In this document: positions 17,536-37,243 of the stretch, one piece after another
How positions within the stretch are numbered: the first letter of the stretch is position 1
Layout of the letters: each line of letters starts with the position of its first letter
DNA from: the human T2T-CHM13v2.0 reference genome, Homo sapiens
Strand: one strand, 5' to 3'
Length of the DNA stretch: 64,000 nt
Assembly: GCF_009914755.1 (NCBI RefSeq)
Contig: NC_060947.1
Program-made: the position numbers and the translations under genes
Notes under the pieces: model-generated
Database searches by the model: none
The model's input: only the letters and a program-made list of their open reading frames with translations
What the model was told of the DNA's origin: nothing

Positions 17536-17838
17536 GGCCAGATGCAGTGGCTCACACCTGTTATCCCAGCACTTTGCGAGGCCATTAAGCAGGAGGATTG
17601 CTTGAGTCCAGGAGTTTGAGACCAGCCCAGGTAATATAGTGAGAACCCCCCCCCCCGCCCCCGCCAACCCCCATCTCTAAAAAAAATAAAGTTAGCCAGG
17701 GATGGTCGGGCACAGTGGCTCACACCTGTAATCCCAGCACTTTGGGAGGCTTGAGGTGGGAGGATCACTTGAGATCAGGGATTCAAGAACAGCCTGGCCA
17801 ACATGGTAAAACCCTATCTCTATGAAAAATACAAAAAA
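17536..17838 (+). mobile_element. Two adjacent Alu left-arm fragments
   Basis: Two left monomers, the first with an inserted C tract. Confidence 0.8.
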
Positions 17839-18960
17839 GAGCCTCTGCACAGGTCGGAGGGAAAGAAAGGAGTTGGAAGATCTGAAGCCCACGTAGCTGG
17901 TGGGCAGGCAGGAGTGCAAATGGATGTGAGGCCGAGATCTTAGCAGGCCCAGAGCACATGGCCTTGCAGCCACACCACAGTCATGGTTGCACAAAGGATG
18001 TCCTGAACATCTGTTTGAATGTGTCTCAAGTACTCAGACTAAACACTTCTAAATCTGTAGTGGAATGAATGTGTAACCAAGAAGAATTGATTTTTTTTTT
18101 TTCAAAATTTCAGAATGGAATAGGGATAGTTTTCAGGGAAAATGGATGAAGCAGTATTGTGGTGGGGAAAGTGTTCAAAGTTAATATTACCATAACTTCA
18201 GAACACCATAGTGAATACCTTGGAAAGCATCATCTTCATCTTCTGAGACTTTGACTGTGACCATGTGAAAGGTAGAGAGAGAATTCAGGATTAACTTTGT
18301 CTGTTTTCCCATGTTCAAGGGCCATTGTGTTACACCTAAAATTGGCAAAGAGTCATAGATTATATTTAAGCTCAGATTTCAAAACTGTCCATGACTATTT
18401 TGGCAGGATGTATCTTGGGTTTTTTGTTTTGTTTTTGTTTTTGTTTTTTTGTTGTTGTTGTTTTGTATGCAATCTAGATGCAGATGTTTGTTTTTAGTCA
18501 GCCTGGAGGGAGCTTTAATGTTGGGGTTCTTCGTACATGTAAATACCATGCTGGATAATTAATTGGGATTTCCTGGAGCAATTTTTTTTTTTTTAAGAAA
18601 CTGTACTGTAAACAGTTTTTCATTCTTGTGGATAAAGAGAAGCTTTTCTCTGGATTTCTAATATTCGCCAACCCTGAGGGAAAGGCAAAGCATGTGAGTC
18701 AGTCCTCAGGACCCTCCCTGCCCTCCACTGAGGGGACCAATGAGTTTGAGGAACAAGAGTGGATAAACCGTTGACTCTCATCTGCCCTCCCTCCCTCCAC
18801 CTCAGGGTGTGTACTGCTAGTCTGAATATTGTCCTGCTTAGAGGTTTCTCCATCATCTTAAGTTTCTGTTGTTTACAGCTTTCCCTCCTCTGCCCTCATC
18901 CCTCTAGATTATTAAGTTCCTGCAACTTAACTGGGAACTGATCAAGATTTCAAGCTAAAG

Positions 18961-19102
18961 ATGGTGGTGATGAACAGCCTGAGGGTCATTCTTCAAGCCT
19001 CTCCAGGCAAATTGCTGTGGAGAAAGTTCCAGATTCCGAGATTCATGCCAGCGAGGCCCTGCAGCCTCTATACTTGTACTTACAAAACCCGGAACCGAGC
19101 CT
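18961..19102 (+). CDS. CA5B: CA5B exon 2, coding part (exon starts 18908); mitochondrial targeting peptide MVVMNSLRVILQASPGKLLWRKFQIPRFMPARPCSLYTCTYKTRNRA
   Basis: Acceptor CTCTAG|A at 18907/18908; strong Kozak AAGATGG; Arg/Lys-rich leader with no acidic residues; donor T|GTGAGT (phase 1). Confidence 0.97.
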
Positions 19103-19771
19103 GTGAGTACACCACTTCCTTAAAGAGAACAAAAAGGGCTCCAGCCTGAGTGACAGAGTGAAATCTCATCTCTTAGAAAAAAAGAGAAAAGAAAAGAGGG
19201 AGCAAGTGTGCAAGAGCAAAAATACTCATCTTTATAATAATCACACATGTTAAACATTTGTAGCTATGCTGTCTTTGGCTTTCCAGTGTAGGATTATATG
19301 CCTTATGAACTGTGAGAATAACTGTTTCTCTGTTGATTCATGAAAGTAAATGTAGAATGTTCTTTCTTGACTAATTTTAGCATGTTAAAATGATGTCATG
19401 CAGAAACTGGACAAGAGACAGATCCCGGTTTTTAATATTTTGGAACCTGTTGTTTATTATTTCTTGGTAGCAATTGTCTTTTTTTTTTTCTTTTAAACAA
19501 AGGTTGATCCACAAACCACAAATTATTTCTGGGAACCTTAAGTTTCTGGAAGTTGCATGTAAATGTTTGTAAACAGTTTACTAGCTTCAACGTTCTGGAA
19601 TATTCTGTCCTGAGTTAGGAATTACTGAATTAATTCTAGCTGATCAGTTTGCAAGTGTGTGCTCTGCTGTAAGGATGGAAGATTGAGTGAGGCAGGAAAT
19701 GGTCTTCCTCACACCTCTCTCATCTCGTTCCCCTCCTGGAAATACAAGGCATTGCCCATGTCCGGATGTGG

Positions 19772-19950
19772 CAGGGATTCTCCACTGCGGCATGATGGAC
19801 ATTGAGGATGGATCATTGTGTGTTGTAGGGGGTTGTCCTGTGCCCTGGAGGGTCTTTAGCAGCATTCCTGGCCTCTGCCTACTAGTTGCTAGTAGCACCC
19901 TCATGAAGCTATAACAACCAAAACTGTCTGCAGACATTGCCAAACATGCT
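19772..19950. mobile_element. MER20
   Basis: TTTAGCAGCATTCCTGGCCTCTGCCTACTAG ... CAGACATTGCCAAA. Confidence 0.78.
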
Positions 19951-20912
19951 CTGCGTGACTGCCCTAGAGAGGGCAGTTGAGAGAATGGGAAAGGATAATG
20001 TGTGTATTTGTGAACAGATAACTTTGAGTTAATGAAGAGATGAAATGGCTAAGTATTATCATTAAGGAGGAATTTTTCATGTTTTCCATTATTTAAAAAA
20101 CATTGGCACAGAGTTTTCAAATGTTGGACTGCACTGAGGTCTAGGTTTCTCCCCTTTAGTGTTTATTTTCTTTGACCCCATATGCACATAATAAAAAGAC
20201 TGAGTAAGAATGGAATGCTTGTAAATTAGTAATGCTAATCTAGCTACATCCAAGGGCTTGAAACTGCTCTACAAATATATTTTCACTGTAAGTTTATTTT
20301 GTTTCCTTCAACATTGACTGTGTTCTTTTTCAAATAAACGGACCAGAGGCATAATAAATTTCTGGTTGCTAGGTGTGGTTTCCTACAAACATGCCACATC
20401 CTACTGAGACTGGCTTATTCTGAACACTGGCACTTTGTGGTCTATGGTTTATATTGGAAAGTATTAATAGTTTTGCTTTTTTTTTTTTTGACAGTTGAAA
20501 TTAAACATCCAAATCCGGTATACGTATGTAGTTAGGATAGTTTGCTGCTTTTAGTGCTGACAAAAAAAAACAAACAGTAGTGGCTTCGGGAGGGGCAGTT
20601 TTACTTAGTGAATTTCCCACAACAGATGACATGTTCTTGTTTCTAAGTTACTAGGAAAAACAGGGGACAGTCACCATTTGATTTTGTTTGTAGCATATTA
20701 TACTGTTCCAACCTGTTTGCCCCAAGAATAATATTGTGGTCTTTGCTGCTCTGGGCCTTCGAGCCGGTCCTGTTTCTATGTTCTGGACCCTCGTCTGCTC
20801 AATTGTAAAGACAATTCTCATTGTTTCTGACAGCTCAATACCCCAACAGAAGGCCAATGTACACTTGTGACCAAGAATGACCCCAGATTCTTGAGGGTTT
20901 GAAAAGATAACG

Positions 20913-23181
<2,269 letters not shown>

Positions 23182-24591
23182 TGTGCAAAGTCCTTAGCTA
23201 GTGATGTCACGCAGTGAGGACTCAGTGTTGGCAGCTACTTCTAGTACTACAGTTGTTATCATCATCATAGGCTCAGTGCCTGCCTCAGATGTTTAAATCT
23301 GACCATTTTAAGAGGAGGCAAAGCAAAATAAGGAGTGAATGAAAGTAGGAGGTTGTGGCAAATTCGGAAAGCAGCATTTCAGGTCAGCCCTGTGCTCTGT
23401 GCTCATCATATCTTTGAATCTTTGGCTGTCAACTCAGATTGCTGTTTGGTGTTATCTCAGGTAGCAGACAGTAACTGTTGATAGTCCTAACTTTGGAGAC
23501 TTGTAATATAATAAGATAAAGATAAAAGCCTATACCTATTATCCAATGTGGAAATAAAATCAGTTTCCCTTAGGTATCATCTGGTGAAATTTAGTCTAAT
23601 GGTCACATAAGAAGATTTAGGCATGAGATCTTAGACCATAGGAAAGTGCATTTAATAATTCTTAATTGAATGAAATATAAAGAATATCAGGTAAAATGGA
23701 AATGATACTGATTTGTTATTCCAATGATTCTTAATGTTGATGATCTCCGTACTTGTAGAAGAAAGATAAACATGTTAGGATAATAGGGACTAAAGAAGCC
23801 AGCAGTGTATAAAATGCAGCCACTAACCCCATGTGGGTATTTACATGTAAATTTAAATTCATTAAATTTTTATAGCTACATATGCCTAGATCTTAATATA
23901 CTGGACATTTCTATCATCAGAGAGGGTTCTATTTGACAGCAGTAATCTATATCATAACTGTACTGTGTTTGAAAGCTTTTCTATTATTTCTCCAATTAAT
24001 TTTGAAGAATAAAAATAAAGCCTGGAGAGTAAGAAAAAGCTTGTTTTGCAGTGTTTTCACAAAGAATTCTGAAATATAGACTCAGGATGCCCCTAGATTG
24101 TCTTTTATTAACATGCAAGTAACCTTGAGAAAAAATGAGCTGATTAAGAGCCACTTAGAATTGCATTAATGGCCTCAGGGTTATCTTCAGCTGCCTGGGA
24201 CTGACAAATAGCCCTGGAACTGACCATCAGGAAATGTGGGCTGTAGTCTCCTGTGCTGATAACTGCACAGGTATCCTGTGGCTAATGGACTCAGCATCCA
24301 AGTTCCTTTTATAGCCCTGATGATGCTCTAACAAGGCAATTTGTGATTCTGCGATCATCCTCAACCAAGTCATATGGAGGGTCCCTGTGTATACACCCAT
24401 CACTGCATTAAGGCCAAGGCCTACACGGATATCTTCAGTAACATGAGGAAGTAGCACATCCCTCATAAAAAGGGCAGTGCATAGCAAGGGACCAGATAAA
24501 AAGCACATGAGGGTATAAGGCAATGCTTTCCGGTAGATAAATAACGTAAGCCACAAATATGAGCCGTATGGGTCATTCTGTATTTTCTAAT

Positions 24592-24990
24592 AGGCCAGGT
24601 ACAGTGGCTCATGCCTGTAAGCCCAGGACTTTGGGAGGCCAAGGTGGGACGATCGCTTGAGGCCAGGAGTTTGAGACCTGCCTGGGCAGCATAGCAACAC
24701 CCCATCTCTACAATAAAATAAAATAAAAATATGAGTAATTCTATATTTTGTAATAACCGCATCTTAAAAAGTGCAAGTTAAACAGGTCAAAGTAGTTTGA
24801 CTAATATACTTTATTTAACCAAATATATCTAAAATATTATCACTTTAACATGAAATGAATATAAGAATTATAAATGAAATTTTAATATTATTTATTTTGT
24901 ACTGAGCCTTTGAAGTTCCTGGTATTGTACATTTATATAGTACATCTCAATTTAGACTAGCACACAGGGACAGTGCTACCATATTGGGGA
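24592..24990. mobile_element. Alu left monomer (24592-24730, plus) followed by a MER33-like fragment
   Basis: Monomeric Alu with A tail, then TTTATTTAACCAAATATATCTAAAATATTATCA ... ACATCTCAATTTAGACTAG. Confidence 0.7.
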
Positions 24991-25567
24991 GCTCAGGAAC
25001 AGAGAGAATAGGTGTTGAGGAGTAAGAACAGTTGAAAGATGCTTTATTTAAGGTGGGAGTGTCAGAGAAGGGGCTTGAACTGACCTTGAAAGCCTAGTAG
25101 AATTTTAAGGAACAAACGAATAACAGATAGATACGATTAGGTGAACCTAAGAAGTGTTCAGGGTAAACCAGCTTGCCTGGTAGAGAGATGGTGGCTGTGA
25201 GGTAATGGGTAGAGAGCCTTGGTATCAATTTGTTTGGTTTTCTGTATCAGTAAAATAAGCATTTAGTACCTCTTCTGTGCCTTGTACCAAGTAAAGCCCT
25301 GGAGACTATAGAAAAAGTGGAGGACACAGACCTCATGGGCTTGGAGTTGACACAGGCCCTTTGGGCAGATAAAGCAAACACAGATTACCTGAGGAATGGT
25401 TGGATGCTAAATGGTATGAAAGCAAATTCAGTGTGTGTTCAGAAAAAGCAAAGCTCAGGATGGTTGGAGAATATGTCATCAGGGAGATAAGACTTGAACT
25501 GGAAAAGATTTCTATAAGTGTTAAGGAAAAGGAAGGGCTTCTAAGCACAAGCCAAAGTGGGGCTAAA

Positions 25568-26889
<1,322 letters not shown>

Positions 26890-27089
26890 TTATTTAGGAA
26901 AATTGCTGAGTGGCAGAACTCAGGAGTAGAGGAGAGTTAGAAAAGAGGAAAAGCAACCAAGAGGCTTTGTATGAAGTCTGGGGGTTAGGGTTCTGAACTA
27001 GGCCGCTGTTCTGGGAAAGGTGAAGAAGAGATAAACCTGAATGATTCTTAAAGAAAAATAATGAAATAAAGCAAAAAGGAGAAGCAAAC

Positions 27090-27783
<694 letters not shown>

Positions 27784-28184
27784 CAAATCTTCCCAGTGAT
27801 GCTCCTCATCTTATTCCATCCACAAGTATTAACCGAAAGCCAGCTGGCTTACAGAGCAGTGAGGAAGGCAGATAATTAGACACATACGCATATAATTATA
27901 ACTGCACCTATGTAATAAATGTCATGAAAGAAAAATCGGAGTGCTATGATTTAAAAATTATAATATGAAGTGATCATATTATAAGAGAGTAGCCAGAGGT
28001 CACTTTGTCAAGGAGGTAACAATTAAGCCCAAGACCTAAAGATAATGGGAGCCAGCCCTGAGCCAAATGAGGGGTAGTTGATTTCTGTGGAGGAGGAGCA
28101 CGAAGAAAGGGACTAAGGCAGGAATGAGCTTTCCGTGTTTCAAGGGCTGAAAGAAGGACAGTGCCAAAGCTGGGGAAATAGGTG

Positions 28185-28549
28185 GTTGCAGCAAACTGAA
28201 TGTTCATGACCCCCTAACATTTGTGTGTTGAAATCCTAACCACCAAGGTGATGGTATTAAGAGGTGGGGCTTTGGGGAGGTGATTAGATCGTGAGGGCAG
28301 AGTTCTCATGAATAGGATTAGTTCCCAATATAAAAGAGACCCCAGAGAGCTCCCTCGTACCTTGTACCATGTGAAGACAGCAAGGAGGCTGTCTATGAAC
28401 CAGAAGACAGGACCTTGCCGGACACCCAGTCTGCTGGTGCCTCGATCTTGGACTTCCCAGACTCCAGAACTGTGAGAAATAAATTTCTCTTATTTATAAG
28501 CCACCTAGTCTATGACATTCTGTCATAGCAGGCTGAATGGACTAAGACA
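28185..28549 (+). mobile_element. MaLR LTR (MLT1A0-like)
   Basis: GTGATGGTATTAAGAGGTGGGGC ... AGAACTGTGAGAAATAAATTTC ... GGACTAAGACA. Confidence 0.8.
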
Positions 28550-28671
28550 GTGCTAAAGCACAAAATAAACCAAACCTAGGACTACTCATATAAACAACTA
28601 AAATCAAGCACTTCCTCAACATGGAATCCTTTGCAGGGCTTTTGTTGCCCATCAGCTAGAAATTACTGACA

Positions 28672-28673
<2 letters not shown>

Positions 28674-28702
<29 letters not shown>

Positions 28703-28989
28703 GAGTCGGAGTCTTGACCTGTCGCCCTGGCTGGAGTGCAATGACACAATCTATCTCAGCTCACTGCAGCCTCCACCTCCTGGTTTCAAGCAATTCTCCT
28801 GCCTCAGCCTCCCGAGTAGCTGGGATTATAGGTGCGCACCACCACGCCCAGCTAATTTTTTGTATCTTTAGTAGAGACGGGGTTTCACCATGTTGGCCAG
28901 GCTGGTCTTGAACTCCTGACCTCAGGTGATCTGCCTGCCTCGGCCTCCCAAAGTGCTGAGATTACAGGCATGAGCCACCGCACCCGGCC
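28674..28989 (-). mobile_element. Alu (AluS-like)
   Basis: Antisense Alu with a long T tract. Confidence 0.95.
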
Positions 28990-29861
28990 AACACTTTCTT
29001 AATGACAGTATGCCTTTGTTAGCATAAACCACGGTTGATAAAATCATTATCTGTTTATTTCATTTTCCCTATACAAGAAGAACCTGAAAATGAAGCTTCT
29101 GTTAGACCACTTAATCATCTTATTTTTGAGGTAAAATATGAGCAACAACCAGGAAATTGTTTCGATCTGATTTTTGCTTAAATAGAGGAAAAGGAAGGGA
29201 GTAGGAGAGAACAAAAGTGTCAGTTTATCTTTAGCAAAACAAACCCTTGGCAAAAAATTGGCTTCAGTAAGGGGGCAGTGACCAAGGACCCCCTCCCCAC
29301 ACAGTGAGTTGGATGGTCTAACCTAGATGGTCTAGTTTAGTAAAGGAGGAGGGAGGTGGGTAGGAGGAAAGAAACCTTCTGGAAGCTGAACTTGTAAACT
29401 CAAGGGCATAAACTGATCTTGTCATTATGGTCATTAAAGAGCAATTGAAGGAACAGGCTCAGTTTTCTTGGGCTGGTATTTGCATGAGTGTGAGTGTTGA
29501 TACTTCCCATTTCATGCATGAGATGGGGAAAAATTAAGGATGACCAAGGCGTCGTCTTAGGGACCTAATCACTCCAGTTCTTCCCTAGTTGTCACAGGAG
29601 ACCCTCATTGAATGGCTTTGAAGAGTGTGTACTCTCAAATTATCAGCCACAGTCTGAGTGTCTCAGAGGGGAAGGTGCATAGTCTCTTTGTGTCAGGAAT
29701 CTTTACAAACAGAATCAGGGCCTTTCAAGGGCTTTCTAGAAGTTAAAAAATTAACACAATTTGAATCATTTTTCAGATCATTTGAATCCTTTCAAGTCAT
29801 TTGAATTTGAGCTTTTCCCCCCCAACAATGGCAGTTGGATATGTTACAGGGCATATGTTTA

Positions 29862-30263
29862 TTTTATTTTTTATTTTTGCCTTTAAAAGAGATGTTTATT
29901 CATGATGAATATGAATCCAAGTGTTTGGGTGGATATAACAGAACCAAATGTAACAGAAATTTAAGATCATCTTTCCCTCTAAGATGAAAAATATGGTATA
30001 TTATATGTTATTGGATAAAATTACTAAACATTTTTAGACCCTGAGGTTGTATATTTTATGATGTTGGCTGCTGCGTAGTTGCCATGATTGCTTTTTCAAA
30101 TTGTTAATTTCTTTCTTTTTTAAAATTTCTATTTTTATTTTACATTCAGGGTTTACATATGCAGATTTGTTACATGGGTATATTGCATGGTGATGAGGTT
30201 TGGGCTTCTATTGATCCTGTCATCCAGATAGTGAACATAGTACCTAATAGGATGTTTTCCAGA
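29862..30263 (-). mobile_element. 5'-truncated L1 (L1PB-like, 30108-30260) carrying about 230 bp of 3'-transduced sequence and a second A tail
   Basis: 14-bp direct repeat AGGGCATATGTTTA at 29848-29861 and 30264-30277; minus-strand AATAAA 29895-29900; degenerate A tail 29862-29878. Confidence 0.8.
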
Positions 30264-30597
30264 AGGGCATATGTTTAATAAGATACCACAGGGCAACAAA
30301 AAAGGAGGAAGATGTGGCTCCTGCCCACAAGGAATTTGCATTCTAATTAGATTATGACAGTATGGCCCAGATTCCATTTCAGATGTGCCAGTTCATGTGC
30401 ATTTTCCATTTTAGTTTTCTGAAACAGAAACTTCTTGTTCTTTAAAGTTCTTGTTCTTCACAAGTTGTTTTATACTGAGGAAAGAAAAAAACCCAGAACA
30501 TTGGGTTCAGACCTCTCCAGAGATGACAGTACTGCATTATATGAAGAAATAGAAAGAAAAGAGTATTATGAGTTTGCATGCACCTTTTATCTTTAGA

Positions 30598-30822
30598 CCA
30601 GGGTTTATCAACTTTGGCACTATTGGCTTTTGGGTCAGGATGCTTCTTTGTCTTGTCGGGGGGAGCCCATCCAGGGCATTATAGGATCTTTAGCAGCATC
30701 CCTGGCCTCTAACCACTAGATGTCACTAGCACCCTCTCCCAGTTTTGCCATCTGAAAATGTCTCCAGACATTGCCAAATGTTTTTGGGGGACTGAATTGC
30801 TTTCTCTGTTGAAAACCACTGA
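30598..30822. mobile_element. MER20
   Basis: CAGGGTTTATCAAC ... AAATGTCTCCAGACATTGCCAAATG ... GTTGAAAACCACTG. Confidence 0.85.
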
Positions 30823-30921
30823 TTTAGGCACTCTCAGGAGAGCTCTTTGTCTGTATTGCTGGAGCATTTTTATAAATAAAACAAAACAAAACAAAACACT
30901 GAGGTTAAGATACTGACTTAC

Positions 30922-31640
<719 letters not shown>

Positions 31641-32546
31641 AGTGTCATCCTTATTCTTAGTGGTGGGGCGAGATGCAGAGGGTCGTTGGTAATTATTTCC
31701 TTCATGTTTCTCCTAGTTTTCCTGTTGTTCTTGATTCTACCCATCCATGGTACTTCTAAAGGACAGGGAAATGGACCACCCCAAACTGATGTACATTGGT
31801 TCTGCTCATCACACTTGGGGGTCTCAACAGGCTGATCTGTGTTATCAGCAAGTCTGCTGATACTTATCAGGGACTTGCTACAGAGACCTGGTGCTTGACT
31901 CTGGAAGAAAATCAGCATCAGCAATGTCTTCAGTGCCTGTGGAGGATAAATTATATGTGTACACCTTAATAGATAATCTCCACATCCCTGTGACACACTG
32001 CAACCTCCAGGGACCTTAGCAATGCCGATGTTCTACCCAGGTTTTGCAGGATGGCTGCCTGGTCCTCAGAGTTTGCTTACATAGGAGGTGAACTCAACTC
32101 AGCACGCACAGTTATGTGGGGCGAGCATCTTACAGGATGCAGGCTACGCAAGCCTTTTTTTCTACCAGCCAACCAATTAAACGCTGACAATACTGATTCA
32201 ATGTTTCCTTTCCCAAAGTTCTCCCATTTCCTTTTTTGAAAATAAATCTGTTATTGAAAATTGAATTAATTTGTCTTTGTATTTAAAGCCACTTTGGGGA
32301 GTTGGGGGTTGGGAAATTCTCGATGAAGAAAAGAAACTCATTTATGAATACCCTATTTCCACATGGCACCAAACTCCATGCATTATATTGTGATCACAGC
32401 ACTGATTGCACTTGGTTTAGGTGAGCTTAGTAAGCAGACTGAGATGTGTTGGTTTTGCAAGATGCCAAAATGCTATTCCTCTGCCAGGTGCTCTCTGACC
32501 TATCTTTATCCTCTACTTTTGTGTATCCATTAAACCCCTAAGTGGC

Positions 32547-33110
32547 TGTATTGGTCAGGGTTCTCCAGAAGCAGAACCAATAAGGTATATAGAGAGATGG
32601 ATGAGAGGGAATTTATTAGTGGAAATTGCTCACATGATTATAGAGGCTGGGAAGTCCCATGACAGGCCATCTGCAAGCCAGAGACCCTGAGATACTGGTA
32701 GTATGGGACAGTCCAAGACACAGGCCTTAGAACCAGGGAAACTGATGGTATAACTCTCAGTCTGAGGCCAAATGCCTGAGAACCCAGAGAGGTGCTGGTG
32801 TAAGTTCTGGCGTCCAAAGGCTGGGAAGCCTGTAGCTGTTACCCAAGGACAGGAGCAGAAGAGTGTATCCAAGATTCAGCAGATAGATGGACACATTCAG
32901 TTTTTCCATGTTTTTGTTCTCTCTGGCCCCCCAGCAGTTTAGATGATACCTGCCCACATTAAGGGCAGATCTTTCCCACCTAGTCCACTCAGAATTACAT
33001 GCTAGTCTCCTCTGTAAACACCCCCAGAGAAACACCCCAAAATAATGCTTTACCAGGTTTCTAGGTATCCTTTAATCCAGTCAAGTCAGCAGCTAAAAGT
33101 AACCATCATA
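32547..33110 (-). mobile_element. Solo MLT2 LTR (ERVL)
   Basis: TGTATTGGTCAGGGTTCTCCAG ... AACCATCATA; 5-bp TSD GTGGC at 32542-32546 and 33111-33115. Confidence 0.85.
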
Positions 33111-33178
33111 GTGGCTAATTCCTAAGGCTTTTAGTTTCCATTAGCCCTGACAGGTTCTCTAGAAGTACAGTAGACAGG

Positions 33179-33476
33179 CTTTTTTTTTTTTCTTTTGAGA
33201 CATGGTTTGGGTCTGTTGCCCAGGCTGGAGTGCAGTGGTGCTATCATGGCTCACAACAGCCTCGACCTCCCGGGCTCAATCCTCCCACTTTAGCTTCCCC
33301 GGTAGCTAGGACTACAGGTGTGTACCACCACGCCTGGATAATTTTTTGCATATTTTGTAGAGACAGGGTTTCGCCGTGTTTCCTAGGCTGGTCTCAAACT
33401 TCTGGCCTCAAGTGATCCACCCGCCTTGGCCTCCCCAAGTGCTGGGATTATAGGAGTGAGCCACTGCACTCGGTCC
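33179..33476 (-). mobile_element. Alu (AluJ-like) ending about 37 nt before CA5B exon 3
   Basis: Diverged antisense Alu. Confidence 0.9.
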
Positions 33477-33513
33477 AACAGTCTTGATAATAGGCTGACC
33501 TGCTTTCTCCTAG

Positions 33514-33711
33514 TGCATCCACTCTGGGAGAGCGTGGACCTGGTTCCTGGGGGCGATCGCCAGTCACCCATCAACATTCGGTGGAGGGACAGTGTTTATG
33601 ATCCCGGCTTAAAACCACTGACCATCTCTTATGACCCAGCCACCTGCCTCCACGTCTGGAATAATGGGTACTCTTTCCTCGTGGAATTTGAAGATTCTAC
33701 AGATAAATCAG
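33514..33711 (+). CDS. CA5B: CA5B exon 3 ([22 protein letters not shown]...[17 protein letters not shown])
   Basis: TTCTCCTAG|TG acceptor and G|GTGAGG donor; 198 nt; alpha-CA motifs QSPINI and NNGYS. Confidence 0.98.
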
Positions 33712-34526
33712 GTGAGGGCAAGATCTGGTGGTCTTGTAAGGAGTTAAAGAAACAGTGTCATGTTAACAGAGGACACATCAAACTCTCTCCATGATAGTAT
33801 TGACCTCTTTGTGAGCAATGGCATGGAACTCATTGATCTTAACTTTTTGAATGTGTGAAAAAAAATTCCTTCTAGTTTTTATGCATATTTTCTTCAACTA
33901 GTATAGGTAGTATTTTTAATTAATAAATATATCTCTATCTCTCTATGTATAGATTTATAATTGGTATAGAGCATAGGTGTGCAATGGAAGTTTTACCAGA
34001 AATTTATTTTGTATGTGTATATTGAATATGTACTAATTTTTTTCCTTTGCTTGTTGACTTTATGAGAACTTTTACATTAAATAGTAACATTGTTTAATCA
34101 GAGTTAACTTAGCAGATTACAATACACTTGAAATGGGGCCAAAAGGATATTCATGTGTGCATTAGGTTGCAAAGACTAGTCATGTATTAGAGAAATGGAA
34201 ACTTATGATCTGGTAATTTTGTTAAATAAACAGTGTTACCTACCTAGTTTAAAAGAAACACAATTTAAAAGAGTTTTTAAAATTCAAATATTATATTGAT
34301 TTTGAATCTTTTTTTTCACCTTCCTGGATGTAAACTAATGTGAATGATTTCAAAGTTTACCTGAAACTTATAGTGTCTATGGAAGACAGAAGGTGGTTAA
34401 TTTTGTGAAGGTTTATTTTCCCTTTTTTTTTGTTTGCTTGTTTGTTTTACTGCATTTGATGATGTCAAATAGTCCAAATTAGTCTCAAAATAATTATTAT
34501 TTGGAATAGTTTAAAGTGGTTATCAA

Positions 34527-34746
34527 CCAGTGGTAATTCTGCCAACTTTCCCCCATACCCCTCCATATCCCTCACTCCCCGCTGTAGGATCCGAAGGCGT
34601 TTTTCATTGTCACAACTTGGGAAATGAAATTGGCATCTAGTGTGTCAAAGTCAGGGATGCCACTAAAGATCCTGCAGTGCGCCGGATATCCTTAACGAAG
34701 AGTTGTCTAGCCTGCAGTATCAATAGAGCTGAAGCGGAGAAATCTT
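34527..34746. mobile_element. MER20 (diverged)
   Basis: TTTTCATTGTCACAACTTGGG ... TGGCATCTAGTG ... CAGGGATGCCACTAAAGATCCTGCAGTGC. Confidence 0.65.
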
Positions 34747-34782
34747 GATCTCAAGGAAACTTGTTTTCTCTCATGAATGTTA

Positions 34783-35219
<437 letters not shown>

Positions 35220-36330
35220 CTAACTACAAACAGACTGCTCCTCCAGTGGGCTTAATCTCTGTCTGGTTTTCTCCCTTCTGATATGTGTCTCTGCCATGAT
35301 TCAGAAGGTATTTGAGTCTGTCTAAGAATTTAGGTGTTTCCATGTCCCCAACTTTCCTTTCTCCTCCATGGTATGACGCAGCCCCAAAACCATGAACATC
35401 TTACTTTCATATCTCAAAGTAGGAAGTTCTTTTTCCCCCAGATTCATGGGCATCTTTCTTTTCCCCCCTTTTTTTGCGTTGTTATTTATTTAAATTTTAT
35501 ATTTGTGAATTCACAGGTTGATGTGTTTCATTATATTGTTTCTAATTCTCTTAAAGTAACTTACTATACAAGTAAAAGCTTCTTGTACCACATAAAACCA
35601 TCTCATGTGCCATCCTTTGGGAAACATTGTTTAAGGCCATCTGGGTCTGTTGGTGGAATAGCTAGAGAAGGGAGGAATAAAAAAGATAAGAAAGAAAAAT
35701 GATACTGATATATGTTCTTTTAAAATATATTTAGTGGGTATAAGTTTAGTTTTGTTTTGTTACATGGATATATTGTGTAGCGGTGAAGTCTGGGCTTTTA
35801 TTATACCCCTCATCATGCATCTTTCTTAATTTCCCCAAAACTCTAGAGTGTGCCCCCTTCTCAACTGGAAGTCCATAATATTACCTTGTTTATACGGATT
35901 CCAGAAATCTTCAAAACAACAAGCTAAATTCCTGTGTTCTGGATGACTGTCTGGCACTCTGGTGAGCTCTACTTGTCCCCCATGGGGCTCTACCATTATC
36001 CTTGCCAGACGTAAACTAATGGGCAGACCCAGTCTATAGGATACCAACCCTCATCCATTTACTCTGCATGCATAGTAATCCTTTTGAATTCTCAACCCCA
36101 TCTAGGGCCCTAGCAGCCTGCTTTCTTCTGGGGATCCTTGGTATTGGTCAGCTTTCTAAAGCCCTTGACAGTATAGGGACTGTCTGTTGCCAATATATCA
36201 TTGCTTCATTGAGTTGGAAGTCTTAGAAAGTTGCTTAATGAGTTTCTTAACTAAGTGACTTGAGCCCAAGAACTTTCAGGGTAAATAGCTGTTTTATCTT
36301 TTAGTCCTCTCTTTTTCTTTTGAACAATAG

Positions 36331-37243
<913 letters not shown>

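Noticed and set aside
19139-19200. Tiny Alu 3' fragment 36 nt after the exon 2 donor
   Set aside because: Ordinary severely 5'-truncated insertion with no evident splice effect
33661-33680. NNGYS instead of the NNGHS proton-shuttle motif
   Set aside because: Tyr at position 64 is the known CA V state, not a novelty or a pseudogene lesion
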